Shown: positions 40,767 to 50,761, numbered from the stretch's first letter. The stretch: 64,000 bases of DNA from an uncultured delta proteobacterium (GCA_963789395.1 CAWBKP010000013.1:64001-128000), one strand, 5' to 3'. Notes: generated from the sequence alone by a model not told the origin. Numbers and translations are program-made.

Positions 40767-43463
40767 TCAATCATACTGACGCAGCCGGGTCGCCAGATAT
40801 CTTGCCATCGTCTTCCGGGCACAGGTGTAACACTGCGTTCTTGAGCCGGCAACCTGTATGACGGCCTGATGTTTGTGTTGAATATACGATAGGTATCCGG
40901 CAGTCCCCATGACCGCGCCGCAGCTATCGCAATGGACTAATTTCTGGCGGTTCAGAATCGTCCCGCACAGCGACAGCACCCTTTCTCCATTGATATCTTC
41001 CATTCTCATGGCGCCGGTAGGACAGTTGGCGGCGCAGGCGCCGCACAACACGCATCGCGTTTCGGTAATGGTAAAATCGGTTGGGCCGGGCCGGTCAAAA
41101 TCAAGATACCCCATTTTCAGGGCATCGACCTTTATCTTGTCCCGGCAGATTTCCTCGCAACGCCCGCATCGGGTGCAGATATCACAGCGAAGGCACCGGG
41201 CGGCCTCTTGCCGAACCCTTTTTTCCGGATAACCGGTTTCGACCTGCTGAAATGTTTTTCGCCTTCGCTCAATGGGCAGCAGGGTCATGGCGGGTCGTTT
41301 CAATTCCATTTTGACCTTGGCCGGTATGTCTATCCAGTCTATTCTGCCCCTTCGAACCGGAACCGGCGGCGTTCTTGGCTGCGGAATCTCCGACAGATAC
41401 CGGTCAATGGCATCTGCCGCGCGTTTGCCGCCGCCGATGGCCTCAATCACGGTCGCCGGCCCTGAAACCGCGTCTCCGGCCGCAAATACGCCGGGAACCG
41501 ATGTTTTCATGTTGACCGTGCTGGCGAACAGAGTATTTCTGCGGGTCCATTTGAGCCTGGGAATCGATGACAGGCAGTCCTGATCCACCTGCTGTCCGAT
41601 TGCGGAAATCACCGCATCGGTTTCAATCTCATACTCGCTGTCTTCAATCGGAACCGGAACTTTGCGGCTGCTGCCTTTCTGAACGATCATTTCCGCACGA
41701 ACACAGCGAATCGCAGTTACCCGTCCATTGCTACCAAGGCCGGTTCCGATTACGGCAACCGGAATGGTCAAAAATGAAATCCTGACCCCTTCTTCTTCGG
41801 CCTGCTCGACTTCCTCGACATCGGCAGGCATTGATGAGCGGTCTCTGCGGTATGCCAGAATCACTTCCTTGCAGCCCAGGCGCAGGCAGGTTCTGGCTGC
41901 GTCAATGGCCACATTCCCGCCGCCGACGATCACGACCCTCTCACCCGGAAGCTCCCAGTCTCCCAATGCCACGCGCCGGAGCAAATCTATGGCCTGAATG
42001 ACCTGGGGATAATCCGTTTCACCGGGAATATTGAGATTAAACGATTTATGGGCGCCAATCGCAAAAAAGAAAGCTTCAAATCCTTCGGCTTGTAAAGAAT
42101 CCAGCGTGACGTCTTTTCCAAAGCTGGTGTTAAACCGGAAATCCACCCCAAGCTCTTCGAGCATGGACACTTCCAGATCAATGACCCGGCACGGAAGCCT
42201 GTATCTGGGAATGCCCAGCAGCAGCATTCCCCCGGCCGTCGGCAGCGCTTCGATAACCCTGACCCCGTATCCCTTCAGACTCAGGTAATACGCGGCACTC
42301 ATGCCGGCAGGCCCCGCACCGACGATACAGACTTTCTGGCCTCTATCCGGTTCTTTAGGCGGATTGACATATCGGCCTTCCCGCATCGACTTCTCCGCGG
42401 AAAATGCCTTTAAATATTTAATGGAAATCGACTCGTCGATTCTTGCCCGCACACACATGAGTTCACAGGGCCGGGTACAGACCAGCCCGCAAACCCAGGG
42501 AAAAGGGTTGTCTTTTCGGATCACTTCGATGGCTTCGGCATCCCGTCCCATACCAATCAGGGTGACATAGGTCGGAATGTCCATACCGGCAGGGCAGGCC
42601 ATCTGGCAGGGAGCCGGCACAATTTTGACGCATTCGCCCATTGCGCAGTTGCCCGTTTGAACATGGCTGACAAACACCTCATTATATTCGGACAGCATCT
42701 GTCCCACGAATTTCCCGGTTTTTTTACTGATGTCATCGGGGCCTTCCGCGATGATTTTCAGCGCAAACGATTCGATGGATTGAAGATGCTCTGCGCCCGC
42801 CCTACCCCACGCCACGTCCTGTATCAATTCCAGAATTTTTTTTGCCCTTCTCCGGCTTTTGGGATCGATCAGGGTTCCGGTATCCAGAATCCGCTCCAGT
42901 TCAGCCATTACGGCATTCACCGGACAGCGTTCCGGCGGAATGGCTTCTTCTTTCTCATCTTCACCTGAAGGCATCAGGGCAGCAGTCGGTTTTTTCCGCA
43001 ATCCCGGCAACATGGGTTCTGTCGTACCAAATTCCAGGCAATGCGAGGTGCACACCGTCACACAGGCAGGTTTCTGCCCCCGATCGATCCGGTCCATGCA
43101 GAAATCGCACTTTATGGCCTGGCGTTTTTCCGGATCCCATTGTACCGATCCCCAGGGACAGGCGGCTATACAGTTTTTACAACCAATGCACAGCAGCGGG
43201 TCCACATAAACAATTCCATCCTTGGGGCGCTTTTTCATGGCGCCTGCCGGGCAGACCGCCACACACCAGGGCGATTCGCAATGGAAGCAGGACATCAATA
43301 CATGGGATACCCTGGGCAAACCGTCGATGACCGTGGGGCCGTCTGGGACGATCTGGCAGAGGTTCGAGCCGGATGGAAGGGATTTGTTGCTTTCACACTG
43401 GATTTCGCAGCTATGGCAGCCAATACATTTTTTTCTATCCTGAAACAAGTAGTAGTTGCTCAT
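40767..43463 (-). CDS. Fusion of DmsB-like 4Fe-4S domain and GltD/NfnB-like FAD/NAD(P) oxidoreductase with extra ferredoxin motifs
   Basis: CIGCHSCEIQC, CFHCESPWC..CP, CIGCKNCIAACP, KCDFC; APCQMACP, CGLVCTRPC; GAGPAG, GGGNVA; CLRCDICTRCGRCEEIC, CVLCGACAANCP. Confidence 0.88.
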   Translation of the reverse strand: MSNYYLFQDRKKCIGCHSCEIQCESNKSLPSGSNLCQIVPDGPTVIDGLPRVSHVLMSCFHCESPWCVAVCPAGAMKKRPKDGIVYVDPLLCIGCKNCIAACPWGSVQWDPEKRQAIKCDFCMDRIDRGQKPACVTVCTSHCLEFGTTEPMLPGLRKKPTAALMPSGEDEKEEAIPPERCPVNAVMAELERILDTGTLIDPKSRRRAKKILELIQDVAWGRAGAEHLQSIESFALKIIAEGPDDISKKTGKFVGQMLSEYNEVFVSHVQTGNCAMGECVKIVPAPCQMACPAGMDIPTYVTLIGMGRDAEAIEVIRKDNPFPWVCGLVCTRPCELMCVRARIDESISIKYLKAFSAEKSMREGRYVNPPKEPDRGQKVCIVGAGPAGMSAAYYLSLKGYGVRVIEALPTAGGMLLLGIPRYRLPCRVIDLEVSMLEELGVDFRFNTSFGKDVTLDSLQAEGFEAFFFAIGAHKSFNLNIPGETDYPQVIQAIDLLRRVALGDWELPGERVVIVGGGNVAIDAARTCLRLGCKEVILAYRRDRSSMPADVEEVEQAEEEGVRISFLTIPVAVIGTGLGSNGRVTAIRCVRAEMIVQKGSSRKVPVPIEDSEYEIETDAVISAIGQQVDQDCLSSIPRLKWTRRNTLFASTVNMKTSVPGVFAAGDAVSGPATVIEAIGGGKRAADAIDRYLSEIPQPRTPPVPVRRGRIDWIDIPAKVKMELKRPAMTLLPIERRRKTFQQVETGYPEKRVRQEAARCLRCDICTRCGRCEEICRDKIKVDALKMGYLDFDRPGPTDFTITETRCVLCGACAANCPTGAMRMEDINGERVLSLCGTILNRQKLVHCDSCGAVMGTAGYLSYIQHKHQAVIQVAGSRTQCYTCARKTMARYLATRLRQYD

Positions 43464-43663
43464 AATCTTTCTCCCCATCGAAACGGGCGTTAGGAAACGA
43501 AGACGCGCACAGGACGCTTTACCCTGGCCGATCTTTGAGATTATGGTCAAGCTGGCTATCCCACGCTATCCATATTTCAAAACAAACCTTAATATCAGCT
43601 TAACGTAGGATTCCAATTTTATCAAGCACGATGACTGGGGGTTTTCGCCAACCGCTATGTTTC

Positions 43664-43846
43664 CTACCATTGCGGATTGTCCCGATGCATCTCGATATGT
43701 TCGCTGATTTCCCTGAGAACAAAATATCGGGTCAGCGCCCTTGCAAGTTCGGAATCGGTGGGCGCTTCGCCGGTTATCTCCGCAACATGCCGCCGTATTG
43801 CGTCAATGGCAGAGGCAACCGGATTCTCACTTGCCGCATGTATCAT
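43664..43846 (-). CDS. Small hypothetical protein
   Basis: AAGGAG RBS, ATGA overlap with the MFS gene, 60 aa. Confidence 0.6.
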   Translation of the reverse strand: MIHAASENPVASAIDAIRRHVAEITGEAPTDSELARALTRYFVLREISEHIEMHRDNPQW

Positions 43847-45043
43847 AAAGACTCCTTTTGCCTGTTTTCAAAGCCAATCCGATACAGTGTCATAATCAAG
43901 CCCCCGAAAAGCGCGATTCCCCCGCTGGTCATGAACAGGGCGCGAGAGCCGATGGTTTCGTAAAGATATCCGCTCAGAAAAAATCCCGCCATCAGCCCCA
44001 AACCGTAGCTGACCGCGTTGTTGACAGCCTGTCCGAGGGTTTTGGATGCTTCGGAAGACAGGGCATCCACGTAAAGGATGCTGGCCATGTGAAAGGCCCC
44101 GTATGTGAATGCATGCAGCACCTGGGTGATCAGAATCAGGGGGCCGCTGTCGATAACGGCAAGCAGGTACCAGCGCAAGGCCGCTATACTGAAAGAAAAG
44201 ACCATGACGGTTTCCAGGGCAAACCGCTTGAATAGCCGCTCGGAATGGATCATCACGATGATTTCGGCAGCCGATGCCACGGCCCATGAAATGCCGATAA
44301 ATGTTTTTCCGAAACCCAGTTTCTCCAGATGAATCGAGAAAAATCCATAATAGGCACCGTGGCTGAGCAGCATCAAAAACGCACAGACTCAAAAAAATGA
44401 CGCTCTTGCGGCTCATCAAACTCCCGGCGCCCCCGGAAAGCCCCTGGCGCTTGGCGGTTCGAACCGGCGGCACTCCCGCTGAAACCGCGGATTGGATGAG
44501 CCCACCGGCCAGAATCAGCGGCAGAATAATGCTGACCGGATAAGCGTCGATCACACGGCCGACCAGAATAACAACGCAGATAAAGGCAATGGAACCCCAT
44601 GCACGGGTCTGGCCGTATCGCTGTTTCTCCTTGCCCAGCACCCCCATGGTGAAAGCTTCCAGAAAGGAGATGATGGGAGAGAAAAAAATCCCGTACCCCA
44701 GGGTGATCATCACCAGCCACTCAAAGCGGACAGTAAGCAGATAAAGGGACCAGATAATCGCACTGGCGATGTTGCAGGAAACATAAATAGACTTTCTGGC
44801 CTGAAACCGGTCCGCCAGAAGGCCCCATAATACCGGAAACAGCACCAGCAGCACAGAGCGCAGGGCAGACAGCACGCCGATCTGAAACCCGCTGAGCTTG
44901 ATGTGGTAAAGATAGAGGTTAAAATACGGCAGATAAACGCCCATCACCCCGAAATACAGAAAATACTGGGCGCGAATCAAGAACTTCAGCCTGCCGGCAG
45001 GTTCACCGGGAATCATCCCCCCAGAACTGGTGGCGGCATTCAT
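43843..45043 (-). CDS. MFS transporter (HcaT/MFS_1-like; frameshift ~44385)
   Basis: YFLYFGVMGVYLPYFNLY, WGLLADR, YGQTRAWGS, QVLHAFTYGAFH. Start uncertain. Confidence 0.88.
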
Positions 45044-45656
45044 TTCCGTCGATATTTTCTCAGCCGGAAAATCTCCCATGAATAAGACTCTTATCACACC
45101 CTGCATCCGGTTTTCCAGTTGTTTTGTTTTTCGGATCTTTTAAGGCTGGGGCATTCAGGTCAGCCTGAACTGACTTGAACAAGAAGAATAGCGGGGTCTT
45201 ACTGCCTGAAAAAAACAATATCCAGCCTCATTCAAATAGTCTTGTAAATATTATACCCGCTTGAAATATATGTATCGTATTGGAAACAGGTGGGTTTTAT
45301 CGATCATGTTAAAATGGTTGAGTAGAATCTTTCCCATTGAACACCCCCTCGCGGAAAATAAATCCACGCTTATGAAAGTGTCCGTAAATTGGCTACCTCA
45401 TCAACGGCCAGAGGCGGGGGAAACCTGTCTTCTGGCAAAGATGCTGCCTTCTTTGTGCAAAAAAAGACAACGCATATACAATTTTTGCCGTCACCATGCT
45501 TTGGATCCGGAAGATGGGCACACATCGATTCAATCGGATATCCTGCAATTCAGGGGATCATGTTTGAGAAAGACGCTCTCAGATGCTTGCTGGGTATCAA
45601 TAATCCGCTGACAAGCCAGAAAGACACCGTGTAGATACATTTGACATGCTCATGGT

Positions 45657-45672
45657 TGGCACATTAATTGCT
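45657..45672 (+). promoter_or_regulatory. Sigma-54 (-24/-12) promoter
   Basis: TGGCAC-ATTAA-TTGCT, an exact match to TGGCAC-N5-TTGCW, ~120 nt upstream of the riboswitch. Confidence 0.8.
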
Positions 45673-45791
45673 TTTATTTTTTATGAATAAGTGGACTCTG
45701 TAGCAAGTAAATTTGCTGCACAGGTTTTGGGTATCGGCCGCTCTGGGAGGCGATGGAACGCTTCTCACACGGTATCATCAGAATATATCGG

Positions 45792-45880
45792 GGCACGAAA
45801 CGGCAAAACCGTCGAAAGGCGGTGACGCAAAGCCACTGGTCTAAAGCCGAAAGGCCATGACAGCAGGGTTGCCGAATGCA
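45792..45880 (+). ncRNA. c-di-GMP-I (GEMM-I) riboswitch
   Basis: GGCAAAACCGTC-GAAA-GGCGGT-GACGCAAAGCC-ACTGGTCTAAA-GCCGAAAGGC-CATGACAGC-AGGGTTGCCGAA: GNRA-capped P2, conserved GACGCAAAGC, CTAA receptor, GGTTGCC 3' end. Confidence 0.92.
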
Positions 45881-45888
45881 GCAGGTTG

Positions 45889-45926
45889 GCGCCTTCGGGG
45901 ATTATCCGCCCGAAGGCGTTTTTTTT
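45889..45926 (+). terminator. Intrinsic terminator (riboswitch expression platform)
   Basis: gcgccttcggg...cccgaaggcgt followed by a T8 run, 67 nt before the protease ATG. Confidence 0.85.
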
Positions 45927-45992
45927 GGGCCCCAGCCACGGCGCGCAGCGCCGATTTAATTATTTCTATCGGCCTAAAAAAGGAGATATTTT

Positions 45993-48187
45993 ATGGGTAA
46001 AAAGACGTCGATGATAAAAGTGTGGACCGGCGTTCTGGCGGTTGTCATGATTCTGGGGTTTGGAATTGCCGGAACCATCTATGGCAAGGATGAGCGATGA
46101 CCCGCAAATGACCGGATTGCCGGAATTCACGCCCGAGGAGCTGCAATATCAGAATATGCATCATCTCCGGGTAAAAAATGTCAAGTTGAACGATTTGGGT
46201 CTGACCCGGGTGAATGGGGCCAGAAAAGCAAAAGGGCTTAACAAACTCAGCGAAGCAGATGCCGATGTTGTGGAAATCGGAAAAGAAATTGAAGGCACTG
46301 TCGGCGCGGCCCCTGCGCCGGATGATGCTGCCGCGCAATCCCCGGGAGTCATTCCGGCGGCCGTGGACAACAGCACCCTGAAATATTTTCCGCCCATTCG
46401 CTCTCAAGGGTCATTCGGTTCCTGCGGCGTTTACAGCGGCACCTATTACGCAATGACCTATATGAATGCCTTGCCAATGATCTGGATGCCAAAAACGGCG
46501 GCGACGCCTATCGTCTCAGCCCCAAATGGACCTATAACATGGTCAACGGCGGGGATTACACAAATGGAAGCTGGTACTACTGGGCCTATGAAATCGGTCA
46601 GAAACACGGCTGCGCCACATTTGCGGAATTCCCGTATAACGGATCGACCAGCGATCCCGGCAAATTACAGGGCATGGTGCATGGATCCAACGGTGTGGAG
46701 AAATGCCATTAGCCGCCGGTTTGACCAGTTCGGCTATGTGGATGGAACCAACACGGACAATGGCATCGCGCAGGTCAAACAGTTGCTGATAAACGGCTAT
46801 ATCCTGAATATTCCGACTTATATCAGTTCCTGGCAGTGGAAAACCATCGGCAATGACCCGGCCACAACCGCCGATGATGCTTTTGCAGGTAAAAACTGCG
46901 CCTACTGGGTGAACGGCACCAGCGGGTATCATGCCATGACCGTGGTTGGCTATAACGATGACATCTGGGTTGACATTAATGGAAACGGCGCTGTCGATCC
47001 GGGCGAAAAGGGCGCTTTCAGAATCGCCAATTCATGGGGTACCGGATGGGGCGAGGGCGGCTTTGCCTGGATGGCCTATGATGCGTTAAAGAATCCGTCC
47101 GCGGTTTCCGGCGGGCCAAGCACCGGTCGCGTGACCGGCTGGTCTCCGTCCCGGGCCCACTGGGTCACCGCACGGCCTTCAGTATCAGCCCACCCTGATC
47201 GCCGAGTTTACACTGCATCACCAGCTTCGCAATCAGCTTCGCATGTCCCTGGGAATTTCCGATCATACGCGGACAACGCCGTCCACCACCTGGCCGTCCG
47301 TCATGATCAACAATGCCAAGTATAACAGCGGACCGTATGCATTTGACGGGTCAACCACGGCGGTCGATGGGTACGTTTGTACTGGATTTTACCGATATTG
47401 CGCCTGCCGGCTCCGGTTCCGATTACCGCTACTACGTCGGCATGTATGACAGCGCATCCGGAAATCCGGCGGAATTGTTATCCTTTCAACTCATTGATGT
47501 ATTAAACGGGGACTTTGAAACCGTCAGTTCGAATGTTCCGAAAGTCGCCGACGCCTCTCAGGCGTATGCGTATGCGGACTATTATTATAATAATGGAAAT
47601 CTTCCGCCTGTGGCGGTTGCATCGGCTTCTCCAGCGTCCGGCCCGGCCCCTCTGGAGGTAAGCTTTGACGGTTCCGGTTCTTCTGATCCGGATGGCACCA
47701 TTGCCTCATACAATTGGGATTTCGGGGACGGGACATCCCAGACCGGCGCAATCCTGATGTCTCTCATACTTATACAAGTGCGGGAACTTTTACCGCCACG
47801 TTGACGGTCACGGATAACATGGGCGCCACGGATCAGGACACGGTCAGCATCACCGTGTCGCCGGATCCCAGTAAAGTCGTCTACGTTTCAGATATTGCCA
47901 TGTCAAAAAGCCCGGTCAAAGGCGGCAATACGGCAACGGCGGTGGTCACCATAAAAGATGGATCGGGAAATTTGATGTCCGGAGCTACCGTGACGGGAAA
48001 TTGGACCGGCGTGGTTACGGGTACGGCTTCTTTGAAAACCGATGCTTATGGAAAAGCGACCTTTGTTTCAAAGAAAACAATCAAAAAAGGCATTGCCATA
48101 TTTACGGTGACAGGTGTCAGCCTGCCCGGATATACGTATAATTCCGGCTTGAATATTGAAACAAGCGCTTCCGTGACATTGCCTTAA
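45993..48187 (+). CDS. Secreted C1A (papain-like) cysteine peptidase with PKD and C-terminal Ig-like domain (several frameshifts)
   Basis: AAGGAG RBS, signal-like N-terminus; SQGSFGSC (Gln/Cys), YHAMTVVGY (His), IANSWGTGWGEGG (Asn); PKD FDGSGSSDPDG..YNWDFGDG..SHTYTSAGTFTATLTVTD. Confidence 0.88.
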
Positions 48188-48210
48188 CATTTACATGAAA
48201 CCGATATATT

Positions 48211-48241
48211 CCGTCATTCCGGGTTAAATACGGAATGACGG
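48211..48241. repeat. REP-like palindrome
   Basis: ccgtcattccg-ggttaaata-cggaatgacgg, same stem core as 12007-12034. Confidence 0.6.
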
Positions 48242-48248
48242 GTGTATT

Positions 48249-48398
48249 TTCACGGTAAAGTAGACCGGGACAAAAAGCAGTACTTCGGTTGGCACAACAG
48301 GCTCATACGGCACGGTGGTGCTGACTTCATCCAAAGCAGCCAAGGGAACGGTTTCCTTCACGGCGTTGGTGACGGCGGTGTCCCTTGAACAGCTATAC
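48249..48398 (+). pseudogene. Degenerate paralogous copy of the protease C-terminal domain
   Basis: FTVK*TGTKSSTSVGTTGSYGTVVLTSSKAAKGTVSFTALVTAVSL aligns by eye with VTGNWTGVVTGTASLKTDAYGKATFVSKKTIKKGIAIFTVTGVSL (Trp replaced by TAG). Confidence 0.55.
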
Positions 48399-48430
48399 TT
48401 ACGTATGTCTCCCACAATAAACAATAAGAC

Positions 48431-48593
48431 AATAAGGGGACGGATTTTTTATCGGTTGCCTCGGCCTACCCTGTCCTCTGAACTCCAACCGCCTTTCGAT
48501 TTTATACTCAATCTTTTCCACGAAACGCGGGCTACCGGTTAACTGGCCGCGCTGGAGTGACTGCCGGATCTGTCCCCATATTCTCCGCATCAC
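48431..48593 (-). pseudogene. 3' remnant of a REP-associated (Y1/RAYT) transposase
   Basis: IRQSLQRGQLTGSPRFVEKIE...RRLEFRGQGRPR followed by an AAAATCCGTCCCCTT motif; no 5' HUH part. Confidence 0.65.
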
Positions 48594-48829
48594 TTTATAA
48601 ATTCGAATTGATGATTAAATATTAATTATAAGGTATGTGATGCCCGATCATTGCGGGATAAGGCCTGCAATTAGGTTATGGGGATCCCGTGGCTGCGATG
48701 GGCTGAATGCACCGAAATGATGCAGCATCAGGCAAATTCATCGCCCTATTACGGCGATCATATCAGCGGATCGGATATAAAGCGGGGGTGGTTTTTACCT
48801 TTCCCCGTGAAAGCATAAAGGAGGCTACC

Positions 48830-48976
48830 ATGGAAGATACCATTTTTTTCAGCCAGGAAGAGCTCCGCTGTGAGGAAAGATGCACATATGAATGGGTCGA
48901 TTGCGTTGAAACCGAGAATGGTTCCACAATCTGCAAGACCCGCGAGCGAAACTGTTTCGAGGACTGTTCGCTGTGA
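48830..48976 (+). CDS. 48-aa acidic six-cysteine protein
   Basis: AAGGAGG RBS; MEDTIFFSQEELRCEERCTYEWVDCVETENGSTICKTRERNCFEDCSL. Confidence 0.7.
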   Translation: MEDTIFFSQEELRCEERCTYEWVDCVETENGSTICKTRERNCFEDCSL

Positions 48977-49004
48977 CAGACGATCAAAAACAGGAGGTAT
49001 TGAA

Positions 49005-49181
49005 ATGATGAAAAAAATATCCATAAAAGCGCGTCGCTGTTGTTCCACGGAAAAACAGCAGCTGGTATCGGAGCTCCGGGCATGTGATTATTGCTCGGAC
49101 AATTATAAAGATCATCATGACTGTTATCGGCGCGTTGCAAAAGAGAGTGGAAGGAATGCCGCCAATTGCTTGATTGCATAG
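49005..49181 (+). CDS. 58-aa basic six-cysteine protein
   Basis: AGGAGG RBS; MMKKISIKARRCC...CDYC...HHDC...NCLIA. Confidence 0.7.
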   Translation: MMKKISIKARRCCSTEKQQLVSELRACDYCSDNYKDHHDCYRRVAKESGRNAANCLIA

Positions 49182-49249
49182 CATGGGTAAATCGATAATT
49201 CGGTTTTTACCATTTCCGTAATGCGTCCCACCATCACCGACAGTCATTC

Positions 49250-49282
49250 GCCATAGCCCGGGAAAACCGGGCTATGGCCTTT
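49250..49282 (+). terminator. Hairpin after the Cys-rich gene pair
   Basis: Perfect 12-bp stem gccatagcccgg-gaaaa-ccgggctatggc with a short T-tract. Confidence 0.65.
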
Positions 49283-49495
49283 CGGTAAAATAATGTGCCA
49301 GAAAGTAATATCATGTCCAGAATTGCACATCACAGTAACCCGTTTAATTATAAGAGTCTTTGACGGTAAATAGTCCAAAAGTGACTATTTGTATCCCGGC
49401 ATTCCCTCCAGTGATCCATCCAAGACGTAGGCATCCATTCTAAGTATTCTTCATTAATTCAGTATGTTTTATCGGTTTTCATCTTTTGGATCATC

Positions 49496-49511
49496 TGGCA
49501 TTCTCTTTGCT
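49496..49511 (+). promoter_or_regulatory. Sigma-54 promoter with candidate upstream activator sites
   Basis: TGGCAT-TCTCT-TTGCT; upstream TGT-N10-ACA (49314-49329) and palindrome aaatagtc-N7-gactattt (49368-49390). Confidence 0.7.
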
Positions 49512-49594
49512 CTTATCCGATGTCAGGGCAGTTGGGGAAGCGTTTGGTGAAATCGGACCATTTTTTGTAATAATTATTCAAGCAAAAGAGGCGG

Positions 49595-49780
49595 GTGGCT
49601 GAGAAACTTCAAGTTTATAAATGTGAGATTTGCGGCAATATTGTTGAAGTCCTTCATGGCGGCGACGGCGAACTTGTGTGCTGCGGTCAGCCCATGAAAC
49701 TGATTGTTGAAAGCAACGTGGATGCCGCAACAGTTACGGCAAGAGAATATTGTAACATACATGGGCTGTGGAAAGCATAA
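49595..49780 (+). pseudogene. dfx: Desulfoferrodoxin with in-frame internal deletion
   Basis: [27 protein letters not shown] joined directly at VDAA to the C-terminal [16 protein letters not shown]; the EKHVP and HPM..H region is missing. Confidence 0.85.
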
Positions 49781-49878
49781 CGGATAGGTTGGCAAATTAA
49801 ACGCTGAAAAAAATAAGTGAAAATTTGGTCCATCAACTTTCACCAGTAATCTCAACCCAATTTTTGAGGAGGCGTAAC

Positions 49879-50280
49879 ATGTCACAGCAAAAGAATGTAA
49901 ACGGAATCAATGTCGACCAGTTGTTCAGCACGATAGAGCAGGTTAAGGCAAATCCGGAAATTGCCCGGTTTCAATTTCGAGCAAAGAACACATGGATCGA
50001 AGGCACACACAACCGTGCTACTGTCAAGGATTTCTATGGTGCTCTCAAAGAGGACGACTCACGGGACTCTCTGGTTTTTGAGATAGATGAACCGCCGGTT
50101 CTCTGTGGTCGAAATCTGGGGGCGAACCCAGTGGAGTATCTTCTCGTTGCCCTGTCAGGTTGTCTGACGACGAGCCTTATCGCACACGCAGCCGCCCGGG
50201 GGATCGAAATAAAGAAAGTGGAATCCAGGTACGATGGCGACCTGGATCTTCAAGGCTTTCTGGGAATATCAGAGGAGGTT
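49879..50280 (+). pseudogene. OsmC family protein, C-terminally truncated
   Basis: DEPPVLCG.NLGANPVEYLLVALSGCL, GDLDLQGFLG; homology stops at GISEEV. Confidence 0.8.
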
Positions 50281-50284
50281 TATT

Positions 50285-50761
50285 ATGGAAAACATCAATC
50301 GTATTCTTGTCGTCAGCAGAATGGTCACATCCAGTATTACTGCCGTTAATTACGGTGTGTCCCTGGCCAAAAAGCACGGGGCATCGCTGTCCGTCATCCA
50401 TGTGATCAACAACCCCTTCTCGCTTCAGGGTTGGAATCTCCCACTGCCGGATCTGGGGAAAGACTATCAGAGACTACTCAAGAAAAAGAGAGAGGAACTG
50501 GACGCAATCATCGGAACTGAAATCCGGAACGGCATGCATATCGAAGTGCTCATGCCAGAGGGTGATCCGACGGAAGAAATCCTGAAGACGGTAAAGGAAA
50601 AGAATATCGATCTTCTCGTCATGGTTGCACATGAGGAAGGCCACCTGGAACATTTTCTGTTCGGCAGAAGCAACCAGAAACTACTCATGAAGATGCCCTG
50701 CTCGATCCTCCTCGTCAAGAAGGAGCCGGAGGCGTGTATCGACAAGCCCTTTTGCAACTGA
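50285..50761 (+). CDS. Universal stress protein
   Basis: INRILV, LSVIHV, EGDPTEEI, IDLLVM, FLFGRS...MPCSILLVK. Confidence 0.88.
   Translation: MENINRILVVSRMVTSSITAVNYGVSLAKKHGASLSVIHVINNPFSLQGWNLPLPDLGKDYQRLLKKKREELDAIIGTEIRNGMHIEVLMPEGDPTEEILKTVKEKNIDLLVMVAHEEGHLEHFLFGRSNQKLLMKMPCSILLVKKEPEACIDKPFCN

Noticed and set aside
45144..45230. Nested inverted repeats suggesting an ncRNA
   Set aside because: Stems are short and match no family I recognise.
45368..45404. Possible isolated IS3-type end (cgcttatgaaagtgtccgtaaattggctacctcatca)
   Set aside because: Shares only cgctta..gaaagtgtcc with the 61860 remnant, and no transposase sequence was recognised next to it.
45792..45880. cGAMP-sensing GEMM-Ib variant
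   Set aside because: The discriminating position appears to be G, not A.
48830..48976. SCIFF/ranthipeptide precursor
   Set aside because: Six Cys in a similar length, but the spacing differs and no radical SAM gene is nearby.
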